Numbered from the stretch's first letter, positions 1-14,062 are shown. The stretch: DNA of 64,000 nt from Chiloscyllium plagiosum (GCF_004010195.1 NC_057718.1:65225811-65289810); one strand, 5' to 3'. Notes: generated from the sequence alone by a model not told the origin. Program-made: numbers and translations.

Positions 1-13
1 CCTGTCTATATAT

Positions 14-140
14 CTGATGAAGGGCTTTTGCCCGAAATGTCGATTTTACTGCTCCTCGGATGCTGCCTGAACTGCTGTGCTCTTCCAGCAACACTAATCC
101 AAAATCTGGTTTCCAGCATCTGCAGTCATTGTTTTTACCT
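14..140 (+). mobile_element. Penelope-like element terminal (pLTR) fragment with minimal hammerhead motif
   Basis: ctgatgaagggcttttgcccgaaatgtc followed by ...gatgctgcctga...ccagcatctgcagtc, the same tail that follows GIY-YIG coding sequence at 7270 and 32030. Confidence 0.85.
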
Positions 141-360
141 ATGTTCTCAGGAATAACCACCCTAAGTACAGCTGTAATGCTACCCTTATCAAAAATGGCA
201 CTCCCCCTACTCTCTTATTTCCCTTTTTGTCCTTCCTAAAGCATTTCTATTATGGGACATTAAGCTGCCAGTCCTGTCCATTCCTAAGACATGTCTCTGT
301 AATTGCTATGATATCCCAGTCCCATGTTCCTCACCCTGCCCTGAGATCATCTATCTTCCC
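141..360 (-). mobile_element. CR1 LINE endonuclease fragment
   Basis: Reverse complement resembles the APE segment seen at 27500-27650 (DIIAITET...GGGVA-like), degraded. Confidence 0.65.
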
Positions 361-419
361 TGTTAGGCCTCTTGCATTCACCATTTTGGACCAAGAACGG
401 GTAGATCAGGGTCCTTTCT

Positions 420-1130
420 AGATGGGTATTAAGTTAAATATGCTGGATGTCCAAACAGTCTTTGGGATTCAGGTGCAAAGGTTTTTAAAATACCATGAAC
501 AGGTGAAGAAAATAAGCAAGAAATCTAATGGAACACTAGCCTTTATATCTGGAAGACTTGAGTACAAGGTTGCAGACGTTATGTTGCACTTATACAAAGT
601 TCTGGTTAGACCCCACTTGGAGTACTGTGAGCAGATCTGGGCACCAAACCTTAGAAAATATGCGTTGGCACTGGGGGGAGTAGAACACAGGGTTACAAAA
701 ACGATACTGGGACTTCAGAGGATAAGTTATGAGAAGAGATAATACCGATTAGGCCTAATTGAAGTCTTCAAGATATTAAAAGGAAAAGGCAGGGTAGATA
801 ATCTATTTCCACTTACTAGGGATTCTAGAACTAGGAGGAATAGTTTGAAAATTTGGGCTAGACTGTGAAGGAGAGATAGTAGGAAACACTGCTACACACT
901 CAGGGCCATAGATGTTTAGATATCTCTTCCATAAATGGCAATGGAATGCTGATCAGTTGTTAATTTTACATCCAAGATAGATATATTTTTGTCAAGCAAA
1001 AGTACAAAGGGATATGGTGCAAAGGCAGGTACGTGGGGTTAGGCCACGGATCAGCCATGATCTCAATGAATGGTAGAATAAACTCAAGGGGCGGAATGGG
1101 TCACTCCTGTTCCAAAATTCCCATGTTCCA
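420..1130 (+). mobile_element. CR1 LINE 3' fragment (degraded)
   Basis: LYKVLVRPHLEYCEQIWAP motif of the CR1 ORF2 C-terminus, then a CR1-type 3' UTR (cagccatgatctc...gaatgg...cctgttcc). Confidence 0.85.
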
Positions 1131-1959
1131 AAAATATTCTGATCAATCTTTCTTACATGCAAACTGGATCATAATGTACCAAATCAAATGTCAGCATCAT
1201 CAGCTTTCATAAAAAAAATCTATAAAGCTTACAGCACGAAGGGTGACCATTCAGCCAGTCATACTTGTGCAAATTCTTTGAAAGGACAGTCAAGCTTCAT
1301 CTCACATCCCTGCTTTTTAATCTGCAACATTGAAGTTTCTTATCCTCAAAAACATTTCCAATCCCTTTTAAACCTTAGTTATGGAATCAACTTTCACCAC
1401 CTGTTCAGGAAGACAATTTCAGAACCTGCAAATTCTGAGTGAAGAAAGTCATCATGATTTCCCCACTAGATTATTATTCCAATAACTTTTAACCATACCC
1501 AGTATCAACTTCCAGTGGTATTGCTGTAAACCTGATTAGCATCATCTCTTGTTGCCAGTAATTGCCTCCCAAGATGGAGGTGAAGATCTTATCTTAAAAT
1601 AATTAATGCTTTTCTCAGCATTAAATTGCTGCAGGGCCATAGGTTTGTGGACAGGTTCATCCACATAATGTTAGCTGAGGATAGGTTGAAAGGGTATGTC
1701 TTGGATCATGTGTAAAAGAACACCCAGCCCAAGAGTAATAGTGCTGGTAAGAAAAGTAGCTGTTATCATTGACATATTGGCTCTGATTAGAAACTAGATT
1801 TTCTTGCATAAAAATCTTAAAATAATTACTTGAGGTCATAATATGGCTCATTTACACTTGCCATATATGACATGGATTCCTACACAGAGATCTGTTGTGT
1901 GCAAGTATAAGGAATATGTTCAAATCTTGCATCTTTTTTCAGTTAACCTGGCACTTGGG

Positions 1960-2150
1960 AAGCTCAGGCTTCTTCATTGCTTTTATGTTAACATTTGAGC
2001 CAATCAGAATCAACTTGCCAAACAATCAGCACCCTTTTCTACTGTAATATTAATTGTTGCAATCATTCTGAAATTTTACATTTTTCCATTTGTCCTGAAT
2101 TGCAAGTCAAACAGCTTTAACAATATGTCTCTCTTTTCAGCAATATTCTA
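1960..2150 (+). mobile_element. Degraded Penelope-like terminal fragment (second family)
   Basis: ccaatcag...tttgtcctgaattgcaagtcaaacagcttt...tgtctc, a degenerate hammerhead-like tail. Confidence 0.4.
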
Positions 2151-2184
2151 GACTTCAATAAATTCTGCACACATTCCAGACATC

Positions 2185-2650
2185 AACAGATTACAAGCCT
2201 TTGAACAAGGAGCAAGATGAGACCATTTAACCCCTCAAGTCTGCTCCACCATTTCATAAGATCACAACTGATCTTAATGCAATCTCAAATCCACATTGCC
2301 AACTTCTCCTGATAACATTTCATCCCCTTGCTGAACAGGAAACTGTGTACTTCTGCCTTAAGATATTCAAAGACTCAGCTTCCACAGCCTTTTCACAAAT
2401 AAAGTTCCAAAGAATCATGATTCTCTGACAGACAAAAACAAATGCCTCATCCCTGCTCTAAATAAGGGACTCTTTACTTTTAAACAGTGACCCCTTGTTT
2501 GAGAATCTCCCAGAAGATGAAATATATTCTCTGTATTTTACCTGACAAGATTCCTCAGGAAGTTGTATGTTTCAGTTAATTCGCCTCTTATTCTTTCAAA
2601 CTCCAATCCCATACTGTCTGACCTTGCTTCCAAAGAAAATTCTCCCATTC
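2185..2650 (-). mobile_element. CR1 LINE 3' fragment
   Basis: Reverse-complement CR1 tail (ggagcaagatgagaccatt...ctgctccaccatt) plus end of ORF2. Confidence 0.75.
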
Positions 2651-5308
2651 CAGCTTTTGGAGTTATTCTCGGTGTTCCAGCTTCATAGACTAGCTGGGCT
2701 TTTCCTCACTATCATGATCTTCAGCATTTATACATATGATACCCACCCATTATAATCCCTAAACAGATAATTAATATTCTCCATTCAGCCACACCTAGAA
2801 TTCTCCACAATAATCTGTGTAGTGAAATCCTTCCTAAGATTCAGCAGCTTTGTTGTTCATGAGCACTAAAGAAACCATGGATTATTCAACCAGAGTGATA
2901 AATGTTGTGTTCTGTGACATTAAAATGGGTATTAGACTGAATAAACGCTGTTATATTCAGTGGCTGCCTTCTACTATGGTAGATAGTAATCAATAAGCTA
3001 ACTATAAGACTCATTGCCAGTTATGACTCTAATCACACCTTCAAACTTTCCAACTGCTTTTTTTGTGATGTAATAGCTAATTTAATATCCTCGTAGAGAT
3101 CACAAATCAGGACAGTTTATTTTTGTTAAAATGATTCAAATTCTGTTTTGCATCAGAGATCTGACACATTGATAATCTCACTATGTAACTTGGCATTCAA
3201 AAATGTAACAAGGTTGTCACTTGTTTACTTGCTCTAAAAAATTGGGCACTACATTATTCAGAAAGCGGTGCAAAATTAGAATATGCTATGACATGGTTGA
3301 TGCAATCAGCAAAGACATTTCAAAGGAATATCAAAATAAGTACCCAAGGGAAAAAGGAAGGGATTACCTGCAGATTGGATTACCTGAAGCAGGAATCGAA
3401 GGAAACTCATGCACACCATGAACACCAGTATTTAACTGTTAGGTAAACTGACCTCTTCCTGTGTTTCTTCCTGGTTTGAATTATGTTTTATTAAATTTTG
3501 TTCCTTAAAATCAAAATTTGCAATAATTATAAGCAACTTTTTCATGTAGGAAGATAACTTCTAAGAGGCGAGGAAACTCTCAGTGGGTTCCCTACATTCA
3601 TGTGAAAATATAAATAACACTGTGATCATGCAATATCAGAATAGATGATCCTGCCAAAGATGAGTAAATAATTTGTTCTGCTATGCTGCTGACAAGCCTT
3701 AGATAACTGTGACACTAATACCCTGCAACAGGATACAACGGCATAGGAACAGCTTTTCAGCCCTTCCAGCCTGACATGGTGGTGCATTATATTTTTTATT
3801 TAAACTTATATAACACAACATATATAGAAAAACATAAAATAATATTATGAATGTGGTGGGATGGAAGTAGAGGAGTACATTCACAACCAAATTACTCAAA
3901 CACTGAATAGAGTTGTAATAATGATGAACTCCAATTGTCCAAATATTATTGTGATAGTCACAGTGTAAAAGGCTGAAAGGATGAAGAAATTCTGAGAGAA
4001 GTACATCACTGATCAGTAAATCTATGGCTTGGGAGTAGAAAACTGTGGTCTGTCTCATTTGAGAGAATGGTGTGGGACAAGTAGAGCATGTTTCAGTGGA
4101 GAGAAATGGGAAATAGTGATCACAATATCATTAGATTTTCAGTGTTATGGAAATGTCCAAAGAACAATCAAATGTAAATGTACACAGCTGGAGGAGAGAA
4201 AATTTCAGTGCTATGAAAGTGATTTTGCATTCAAACCAATTTATATATCATTGAAAATGTATTATTTTGTCAACTAGCAAAATCATATGACTTTTAAAAT
4301 GTAATACTTAAAATATTTTTCAATACGAAAGTTACTTGAAATGGACCATATCTTCTGCTAGGAGCTGCCAAGAACTGGATGTTGGAACCATGTGGTTGTC
4401 ATGGCAAGATGCCTTCACCTGAATTGCCTGGAAATTGAAATTTCCTAAGTGATTGGAACCTACAAAATTCCCAACTCCGAATTAGAGTCAGCAACTTCAG
4501 AGGGTCCTGACAAATACTTACCTGAATGCTTAGCCAGGTAATGTCAGAGGAATCAAAACCTGTTGTAAATAACTATAGAACTGATCTCCCAGACACAACA
4601 TTGCCTCTCCCCATCAAACCTCCTTGACATCCCATGGAAATCTGACCCTTCCCCCTGAACCAACACCCTACAGGCTCCCATACCCCTGACATCCCCCATC
4701 GTGATCCCTGACTTGCCCCCAATCGTCCATAACTCCACATCTTTCCAAACAGACTCTGGATCCTACTCTCAGACCTGACCACATCCATGCCATGAGAATA
4801 TCCTGCAAAACACTAAGTGTTCCTGACATTGTCAGGACCCTGATGCAGAGACCATTTCTCAAAGAGTCTAAAGTGCATCAATATTTCTAGTAGCCAGCCA
4901 ATGAGCAAGCTATTTCCACAATTACCATTTCAATTAGGTGCAGTAGGCAAGCTCCCAAGGCAATAGGCCCAGTAGAAAGACATTTAGTACTTGACAGACA
5001 CTAATCATACCAGCAGAAACAAACACTACTGAAGCACAGTTTCATGGTTCCTGAAAATGGAAGAACTGCTGACAATTTTTTAAGATGTTCACAGACAGCC
5101 CTCACCTGGTCAATCAATGTAAAGGGAAAATATCTTCATAAGTCTGGTTTGCTGGAAAATCAACTTAGTGGGGAAGTCTGTCTAATGTTTGAAAAATCAA
5201 CATGCTCAATCTACAATTGAACTGCACTTTAATTGGTCTATTTGGGCTATGTTGTGCTGTGACCTGTTTTGTAGTTTCTGACATGATGGTACTTAAACTA
5301 ATGCATAG

Positions 5309-6460
5309 TGTAGTGATTATAATGAGATCAGCCAGGTTGACATAATAGAATATGAGTTCACTGATTGGGGCTGTTAATCTGGTCCAATCAGGAAGCCTTG
5401 GCTGACAGATAAGAACAGGCGTGTATTTCCTCCTCTAATTCTATTTTGATTTGATCCCTACCCTCCCCCTTCATTCCTTTTTTCCGTATAAGTATTGCCA
5501 TTATCAAGCTTTGCTTTTTGCTGGTTCATCAACCACATGGGTGTTTCTCTGATGGTGGAAATTTTGAATAAGATTTTTGCATAATGGTATCTTTACTGAG
5601 TCACTGCACATATACAAATATAACACAGGTGTTGTGGGAAAAATATAAGTACTACTGCTGTGAAGAGAAAAGAATAGGAGAATTTGAGTTCCTGTTCACT
5701 CTGAGTGCCGGCTCTGAGGGAGTTGGATCAGTGACAAGGACTGTCAAAGTGTAAATAAAGGGTGACTTGATGAAGGGTTACCAGTCTCTGTGGAGTTATT
5801 TCAGTGGTAATGAAGGAAAAGCACACACCTGACAATATTTGCTCGAAACAGCCATCTTTGAGTTGAGATAAGCATTTCTGGCATCAACCCTTTATTCGGG
5901 AAGCTTGATTCATTTAATTCTGTTGAACAATGTGCCCACTGTGTGGAAAGAATGCTTTTTTTTTTTAGGTAAATGATGATGGAGCAGATAAAAAGCAATG
6001 AGTAATTCTCAATACAGCATGCTACTGTTTTTTTGGTTATTAGGAGACTTAAGTTTGCTGAGGTATCAGATGCTAAAATCTGTCAGATTTATTAAAGGAA
6101 TATGATGACCCTAAGCCTCCTCCAATTTGGAGACATGATCAGTTTTATTCAACAATTCAAGAACAGGAGGAATCTGTATTGGGATTTTGATTAGGTTAAA
6201 ATGATTAGCAGAAGCATGGGATTTTGATTTAACCATGAGTGCGATGCTGACAGACTGTTTGGTATGTTAAGATTAATGATATAACAATGCAAAGGCACCT
6301 GCAAAAAGCCAAAAGCACAGTTAGACTTCAAACAGGCGCTCAAATTGGCTTCATCATTGGAAAATGCCACCGGTGGAGCATATGAGTTTTGGGTATTCTA
6401 GTGGAAGTGGACATCCTCGCAGTCTGATGGAGTGAAGGCAATTGCATAACCTCACTCAGG
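5309..6460 (+). mobile_element. Gypsy-type LTR retrotransposon: interrupted 5' LTR, PBS and degraded gag
   Basis: tgtagtg (5309)...aataaa...ttca (5803), then tggtaatgaagg (PBS-like); gag remnants LFGKLDSF...VERM and LDFKQALKLASSLENA; foreign insert at about 5422-5685. Confidence 0.75.
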
Positions 6461-6467
6461 AAACACA

Positions 6468-6605
6468 CAGTCACAGAGTCATAAAGATGTACAGCATGGA
6501 AACAGACGCTTCAGTCCAACTCGTCCATGCCTGAGGCGAGAATTGAACCCAGGTCTCTGGTGCTGTGAGGCAGCAGTGCTAACCACTGTGCCACCGTGCC
6601 GCCCA
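6468..6605 (-). mobile_element. HE1 SINE tRNA-like head joined to a CR1 3' tail
   Basis: gaacccaggtctctggtgctgtgaggcagcagtgctaaccactgtgccacc (HE1 head, rc) abuts cagagtcataaagatgtacagcatggaaacag (CR1 tail, rc). Confidence 0.75.
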
Positions 6606-6874
6606 TAAACAGCCTCTGGGAGTTATTTCATACAGGATCAATGAAACATGATTTAGATTGGATAGTACTTAGACTTGAAGCTCCTTGAGTTTGCTCAATT
6701 TCAGACAAGTTGTACTTAAAAAATCTCATCTAACCTATCGAAAACTCAATCAAGTTCATAAAAGATAAAAAAAAACTGAAGTTAGAAAATGCTGAAGGAA
6801 ATATTGAGTCACAATCAAAAGGAATGAGAACCTCTGAATCTCAGATTATCTACAAAATTAAGCCAACACTTCAA

Positions 6875-7370
6875 TTTGTGATGGTCTCCCCTACATTGAG
6901 GAGACAGGACGCCAATTTGCGGAAGATTTCAGAAAACATCTCTGGGACACATGCACTAAGCAAGCCCACCGCCCTGTGGCCAAACACTTTAACTCCCCCA
7001 AAGACGTGCAGGTCCTGGGACTCCTCCACCGCAAACTCTAGCCACCTGACGCCTGGAGAAAGAATGCCTCATCTTCTGCTATCGGTCCCTCCAACCACAC
7101 GGGATAAATGTTGTGTCCTACATGTCCATTCCCACCTATCCACTCCACCCTCCTCTCCAACCTATCACCTTCACCCACACCTTTATCTACCTATTGCACT
7201 CCCAGCTACCTTCCCCCCAATCCAACCCCACCTCCCATTTATCTCTCAGGCCCCTTGGGCCACCCCCTCATTCCTGATGAAGGGTTTATACTTGAAATGT
7301 CAATTCTCCTGCTCCTCGGATGCTGCCTGACCAGCTGTGCTTTTCCAGCACCACACTGTCCAACACTTCA
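6875..7370 (+). mobile_element. Penelope-like element 3' part (GIY-YIG remnant plus pLTR)
   Basis: tgtggtctc-ctacattg(a)ggagac 'CGL.YIGET' remnant, C-rich tail, ttcctgatgaaggg. Confidence 0.85.
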
Positions 7371-7639
7371 CTTACCAACTTTAGTGCTACTGGTAACATC
7401 CATTACAACAGCCTTAATGTTGAACGATCTATTCTACATGAACAATTCATAGACTGAGCTATATGTTTGTTTTTTTTCAAATTTTTATTCTTTGATCTTA
7501 CCTCTTATTCCAATCAGTGTGAATGTATGTAAGTGTTATTAAATTATCTTGCTTTAGTAATTAATAAACTGTTCTTGTTAACTTAAGAAAACCTAGCTAA
7601 ATTGACTCATTTTAAATGTAAATGAGTGTCTCCCTCTCT

Positions 7640-8175
7640 GTAACAGTGACCCCAAGTTTCTAGTTACTTGCCACTTCACCTTGCTCCCTGGCCAACCTTT
7701 CAGTCTCGGGTCTGCTGCAGTGCCCCAGTGACGCTCAGCATTAGCCGGAAGAACTGCATCTGATTTCCCATTTAGGGACCCTGCAGCCTTCAGGACTCAA
7801 ATAAAGTTCAATAATTTTATAACCTGAATACCTTGATTGATGTCTTTTACCCACACTCTCCCCCAGACCCTCTGGAGATGAGCTACTTTCAGCACAGTCA
7901 ACCTATTTTCACTGACTTAAGGTCCCAATTATCAGATTTTCTCCTCTGGGTTGCCATTTTCTATGCCTGACTGTCTTTTTCTCTGGCTGGCTCCATCTCC
8001 ACCTATCTGCCTACTCTTTCCCCCGCTTCTTTTCATCAGCATATACGTATATAGTTGTTACTATCTGTACTATAAGTGAGTCCAAGCTCACTGTTCTCGA
8101 AACATTATCTCAACTTTCACTGAACAGATGCTGCCAGATCTGCTGAGTTTCTGTAGTAATTTCTGTTTTTATTAG
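7640..8175 (+). mobile_element. Older Penelope-like element 3' part
   Basis: VTCHF...E.HLI.HLGTLQPSGL-like GIY-YIG C-terminus; tail acagatgctgccagatctgctgagttt. Confidence 0.7.
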
Positions 8176-8899
8176 AGAACTAGAGGACATGGTTGTCCAC
8201 TGAATGGAAGGCCACACGACAAAAAAAAAGTATTTTTTGCAGCAAGAGGTCTGAATTTGAACTACACTGCCTGATAGGATTTTGGAGATAGATTCCGTAC
8301 CTAAACTGCACAAGTGCAGAACTATGGAGAGAGGAAAGGGAGTGTAAACATTTGCAGAAAGTAGGCATGGACTCAACGTAACGGATGAAATCCTTCTGTG
8401 CAGCAACAATTCTATGACTCTATGACATCCCTGTCTGTTAATGCTTACTCATTTCTTTTTATCTCCAATAAAGTACTTGTGCCCACCGCAGAGATTGATA
8501 ATCCCTGAGATTAATCATCTGTATTCATCTGAGCAGAGATTAGACAGGCTGCATCTTCTATGACACACTCTCCACTGAATGAATAATTAGAACTTGTTCT
8601 AGCTTACTGAAAGATCAATGAACAAAGAACACAAATTTATTTTAACTAGAAAAATAGTCAAAGGTGAGAGGCAAGGATCAAAACTAATTTAATAATTCTT
8701 TCAAAACTGTTCTATTTCCTGTGTTGCAAGATTTCACAGTTCCATACACTCCTGTGGTAAGGTTCTGGGCAAATACTGGTTACTTGCTCAAATAAATGGA
8801 GGGTCTATTCACTAGAGCTACTATTGCCATTTCAGCAGTTTGTACCTTACAAGAACAGGTGCATAGTTGATATAGAGAAAATTGGGAACGTACCCTTTG

Positions 8900-9332
8900 C
8901 AATTTCTCAGGTCGTAGCACTTTCATTTCTGACTCACAGGATTATGGGTTTGTATCAATTTTCAGAACTCAATCACAATTTTTTTGGCTGGCATTCCAGT
9001 GTAGTAATAAGGGACAACTGTAGTATTGGAGATTCTGCCTTTAGGGATGAGACTCTAAACTGAGGCCCTGTCAGTACTCTTGAGGGGCAAAATGCCATAA
9101 CGTTATTTTAAAGAGACCAGAGAAATTATCTCCAGACCTGGCAAATATTTATCATATAAACAATACCACAAAAACAGATTATCTAATCATTATCACATTG
9201 TTTGAAGGAGTTTTCTGTGCATAAATTGTTTAAATTTTATACATCACAACTGAATCAATTCTCATTGATGGTAAAGTGCTTTGTAATGTGTGGTCAAAAA
9301 GTGCTACATAAATGCAAGACTATTGTTTCTTC
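8900..9332 (+). mobile_element. DeuSINE (SacSINE1/AmnSINE1-related), degraded
   Basis: Deu-domain-like ggatgagactctaaactgaggccc, acagattatct..tcattatcacattg, ending gtgctacataaatgcaag. Confidence 0.8.
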
Positions 9333-9599
9333 ACTACTGCGTTAAAAATCATGTGCTGTAGTGCATTTAGCAAACTATTTCATTCACAAGCTGCATTTAG
9401 ACCTCAGATTTAACAAAGTACCTAGATGAACAACTAAGATAATTCTGCAAGCCATGTTCCATCATTGATTTTTATATCTTCTGCCCAAGGGAAACACAAA
9501 TGGTGAAACAGCTCTGAAATTGTCACCGAGTTTACAATTTTGGACTGTTAGCAGTATTTCTTAAATAATCTCCTTTTAAGATTTTCCTACTTTATTTTC

Positions 9600-10815
9600 A
9601 TCAAGTCATAAAGATTGACAGCACAGAGAAAGGCTCCATTGCATCTGCACTGGTCAAAACAACCATCTAACTTGTTTAATCCCATTTACCAGCACTCGGC
9701 CCATAGCCTTGAAAATCTTGGCATCACAAGTGCATCTAACTACTTCTTAAATGTTTTGAGGGTTTCTGCCTCCACCCCCACTACAAGCAATAAGTTCCAG
9801 ATTCCCACCATCCTCTGGAAGATAAAGTTTTTTCTGATTTCGCCTTTGAACCTTCTGCCCCTTACCTTAATTTTTATTGATCCCTCCATTAAAAGAAAAA
9901 GTCCCTTCCTGTCTACCCTGTCCATGTTTCTCATAATTTCATATATCTCAATCATGTCTTCTCTTAACATTTAAGGAAAACAATGCCAGTCTATCCCATT
10001 TCTCTTCATTACTGTAAATCTTCAGCCCAGGCAACACCCTGGCAAATCTCTCACACCCTTTCCAATGCTATCATATCCTTCCTATAATGTGGATCTTAGA
10101 AATGGACAAAATTCTCTAGCTATGGCCTGATCAAAGTTCTATACAGTTCTAGCATAATTGCTTCACTCTGAAACATTATGCCTCAATTAATGAAGGCAAG
10201 TAACCCTTTCTTAACGTTTTATCTTTCTTAACTATTTTATCCATCTGCCCTAATACCTTAAGGGTCCAGTGTACTTGCACACCAATGTCTCTCTGATCCA
10301 TAGTGGTTTGGAGGGTCCATTCATTCATCATCTATTCCCTTTTTCTGCCCAAGTGCATCACCTCTCATTTATCTGGGCTGAATTCCATTTGTCTCTGATC
10401 AGCCCCATCTGTATCCTCATGTAGTTTAAAGCTATCCTTGTCACTATTTACAACCCCAGCAACTTTTTGTATCATCTGTCAACTTCGTGATCAACCCTTC
10501 TACACTCAAGTCCAAATCAAATGTTTAAACCACAAAAAGCAAGGGCCCTGACATTAACCCATATGGGACCCCACTGGATACAGATTTCCAGTGGAAAAAC
10601 TACCCCACAATTATTTCTGCCTGCTTCCTACCACTCAACCAATTGTGGATCCAATTTGCCAAATTTCCCACAGACTTTCACCTTTACCAATGTCCCATGC
10701 TGGACCTTAATAAAAGTCTTGCTGAAGTCCAAGCAGACTACGTCAAAACCATTGCGCTCAACTATACATCTGGTCACCTCTTTGAAAAATTCAATCAAGT
10801 TGGTCAGACATGAAC
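9600..10815 (-). mobile_element. CR1 LINE RT to 3' end
   Basis: Minus ORF LREDMIEIYEIMR...FKGEIRKNFIFQRMVGIWN; rc of the YLDFSKAF-like segment near 10720. Confidence 0.85.
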
Positions 10816-12834
10816 TTTTAAGTTCCCCCTTTCATATTCTATACTCCTCTAGGGTTTCCACTGAAAACATGCTCTCTGTTCAAGTTGATAGGTTAATACT
10901 AGGCAAGGCACTTACACATCAGAGGAATCTAATTTTTGTGCATATAGGTTGGTTATAATATCTTTTGGATGCTTCAATACTACGAAATCCATGCCCAGTT
11001 TCTTATGTAATGGCAGATAACATTAGCATTGCTGTATCGGGTAAAATACCTGTTGAAGGCAAACCCACACCAGTGAACATATTGGGGTTACCAACTCAGA
11101 GTGAAGCTATTCCAGAAATGTTTCTTTCTCTGATCATGATGGTGTCATCAATTGATCTTTGAGCTGTCTTTCCAAATCTATGCACAATAATGCCTAAGGA
11201 GTGTACTTATTGCACTAATATTTATGCTTTAATAAACATACAATGGGTGAAGCAGAAGCACATCTGATTCCACCCCATTCATTTGCTATTTCTTCTGTGA
11301 ACTATCCAGATGATTGGAACAATAGGAACCTCACACATTGGTCAGACCGACCAATCTGTTAATATCCTATGCTTTAGCATGACAGTGTCTAGTCAGCTTG
11401 GAGATGAATAACATCTCTCAATGAAACATATTTCAGATTTCAGGCCTTGTGACTTTTTTTTAATCAATTTTTCAAGCCCAGTCCCAATGGAGGCAGCAAC
11501 ACCTCTTTATCTCACAGGCAGTCAGTGGCAGTTGAAATGTGTTGCCAGTTGCTCCATTTCCTCCTTTATTCTCTCAATCCCATCAAGGTCACCTCAAGTT
11601 CTTTCTCGCAGCAGTATTGGTGGGGGAAAAAAACCCAGCAAGTGACAGTTGGCAGCAGCAATGCGCATGAGGAAAGTACACCTGCATTTGCACATGTGTG
11701 ACCTCATTAATCAGGGTCTGACACCACACTGGTCCAGCATGAGAGTACTGACTGCAAAAACAAGTCACAGAAATGCAGTCTGAGCAGGCGGGAAAGTTGA
11801 ATTACATAATGGAATCAGATAAATATTCAAATCTTCTTTAGGGAGTTTGATGGCGTTTCTGGTAAATGATCAGGTTTTCCAGGAACCAACCCATCCCTCT
11901 TTTCTGGGTCAGCAGGTTGAGTTTTGCTTTCTACAGAAGGTACAATTAATGTCTGACAATGTCACTATCGCCGTTTATCTGTTAAGTCTGGGTTCACGTG
12001 TTTCCTCCTTTCTCAATAATCACTCATTCCCCAGTCATCGTGAGTTGCTGTTCTCTACAACCCCATTTCCACCAACTAGTCGGGTAGCAATTCCCGTCGG
12101 TTTCAGGCAGACATTCGAGTTTCAGTCACTGAAATGCAGCTCATGGGTTTAAATCTCCTGAGTCCAGAGCATTGATGGATCCATTAGTTTGCTACTTGCC
12201 TCAACTCTGTACATCCCAATGTAAAACCAAGCCTATATGATACCAACTTCTTTCTTAGATATTTGACAGTAAACTGAACTCTTTAGCTATTTTTCAAAAG
12301 ATTTTCTCCATAAAACAGCAATGGTAGGGTCCTGCAGCAGTTGTGATGCCTCAGACACGAATATGAGAAACAAAAATTGGGTGAGAATATTGTCAATTTA
12401 TTTTGTACCTGCATTACATGTTTAATGGCAATGGTGCCTTGTCTTGCTAGTTTTTATTCTTGGATGACCATAGTTTCACAATTAAACCATTGCTTGTTCT
12501 TGTGCTAAACTGAAGGGTTTGTTATCCCTCAAACATGAAGTCATCTAAAAACATTATGTCACCTAAAAACAAGTTTTTAATTTATCAAGATAAGTATATC
12601 ATCTTTCCAATCCTTTTAATCTTTTGTAAAATTCTGCACTATGGGCTTTGGTTCTTCCCAGAGTTTTTGAATATAAAGTAAAAGGACAATTGGTTTTTGA
12701 TTTTAATGTCATGTGTATTTCACAAATAAGAATAAATACTGTGCAAAGCTTTCATTTATTGCCATGAAATGGCGCCATTTTGAATAATTTAAGAATAAGA
12801 AAAAAAGAGAAAGATATAGCTTGAAGAGAGCCAG

Positions 12835-13382
12835 CTCATTGCTGTCAATAATGCCTGTACCACTGTACCTCTGCCATCACTTCACCACTGCCTGCACTGG
12901 ACCAACCAATCTCAAAGTCGCATCTCTTGTCCAGCTCATCAATATTGCTGTGATGCCTTCCTGACCCTGCTTCGCGGCCCTCTGTGTTGGACCCAACCAA
13001 CAACAAAGTCGCCAATCCTCATGCTCCATCTTTTGCTGCTGGGTCTACCTCACTGCATTGTCTCTGCCGTCGCAGCAGCCACCGATTCCAGGTCCTGTAC
13101 TTGGTGCAAAGTTTAAGCAGGGGCTCACTCTCCTCCATGCTGGGCTCACTCGAGATTCATTCCTGGGCCCGCTCAAGATCCTTGGTAGGCACTCCCAAGG
13201 TCAACACCCTGGGTCCAGCTCGAGACTGTTCAAGAGCTGTGCTCTGGGCTCTTACCACCATCAGTGCCATCCAAACTCAGGACAAGGTAAGTAAGTAAAG
13301 AAAAAGGGGAAAAAAAGCAACAAAAGTGGCCAGAGTGAACGAGCTCCTGCAGAGGAGCCCTACTCTCCTGCCATCTTGGACC
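12835..13382 (-). mobile_element. Probable LINE 5' end/UTR remnant
   Basis: Minus strand starts ggtccaagatggcagg (YY1-like aagatggc), then a T-rich tract and GC-rich sequence, a layout typical of retroposon 5' ends. Confidence 0.4.
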
Positions 13383-14062
13383 AAAAGTTTACAACTCCCA
13401 TTGTTTTATCGCCCATTAATGCATACACTGTGCATCAGTTTCTGGGTGAAAAAAAGGTTGTTAGCATTGGCTAAATCCTAGTATATAGCTATCAGCTGCA
13501 CACACCAACACATCCTCACCACACACAAACCCCAGTTCAGTTAAAGAAGGATGCATCTTTATGTCTGTAAGGCCAATATATTATATTACTGTATCTATTG
13601 AGGACACAGAAACCTCTCTTGAACAAACTGTAATTTCTCCTTTTCAGTCTTATAAGATATCTTCAAAAACTAGAAACCATTTTGAGCTTTCAGAGAAGTG
13701 AAACAAGCATTGGAATAAGCTCATTTTGCCATCATGCTGTGACTTGAATAGCAAGTATAGCTCACTGTTACAATTTCAGAAAACATACTGCAAACCTTTG
13801 ATTGGCAGCTCAAGTGGAAGAATGACTCGAGACAACTTTTACTCACATTTTACTGTATTTAGAAACTATCAAAATTATGTCTGAACTTCCACTGAATGTG
13901 GCTCACGCACAACATTCTGTAACATTGCCCCAATTTCTCATTTGCGTTTAAACAATGAAAGATGTCCAGCAATGGTTTAGATGCCACTGCACCTTAGCAT
14001 TCTGCTACATCTTCTCTAGACAGCTAGAAGTGACACTTTAATGAACTAAAAAGGCATCTTAC

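Noticed and set aside
4514..4560. atacttacctg as U1 snRNA 5' end, or a 38-nt minus-strand exon
   Set aside because: No further U1 similarity; the exon has a weak pyrimidine tract and no supported partner
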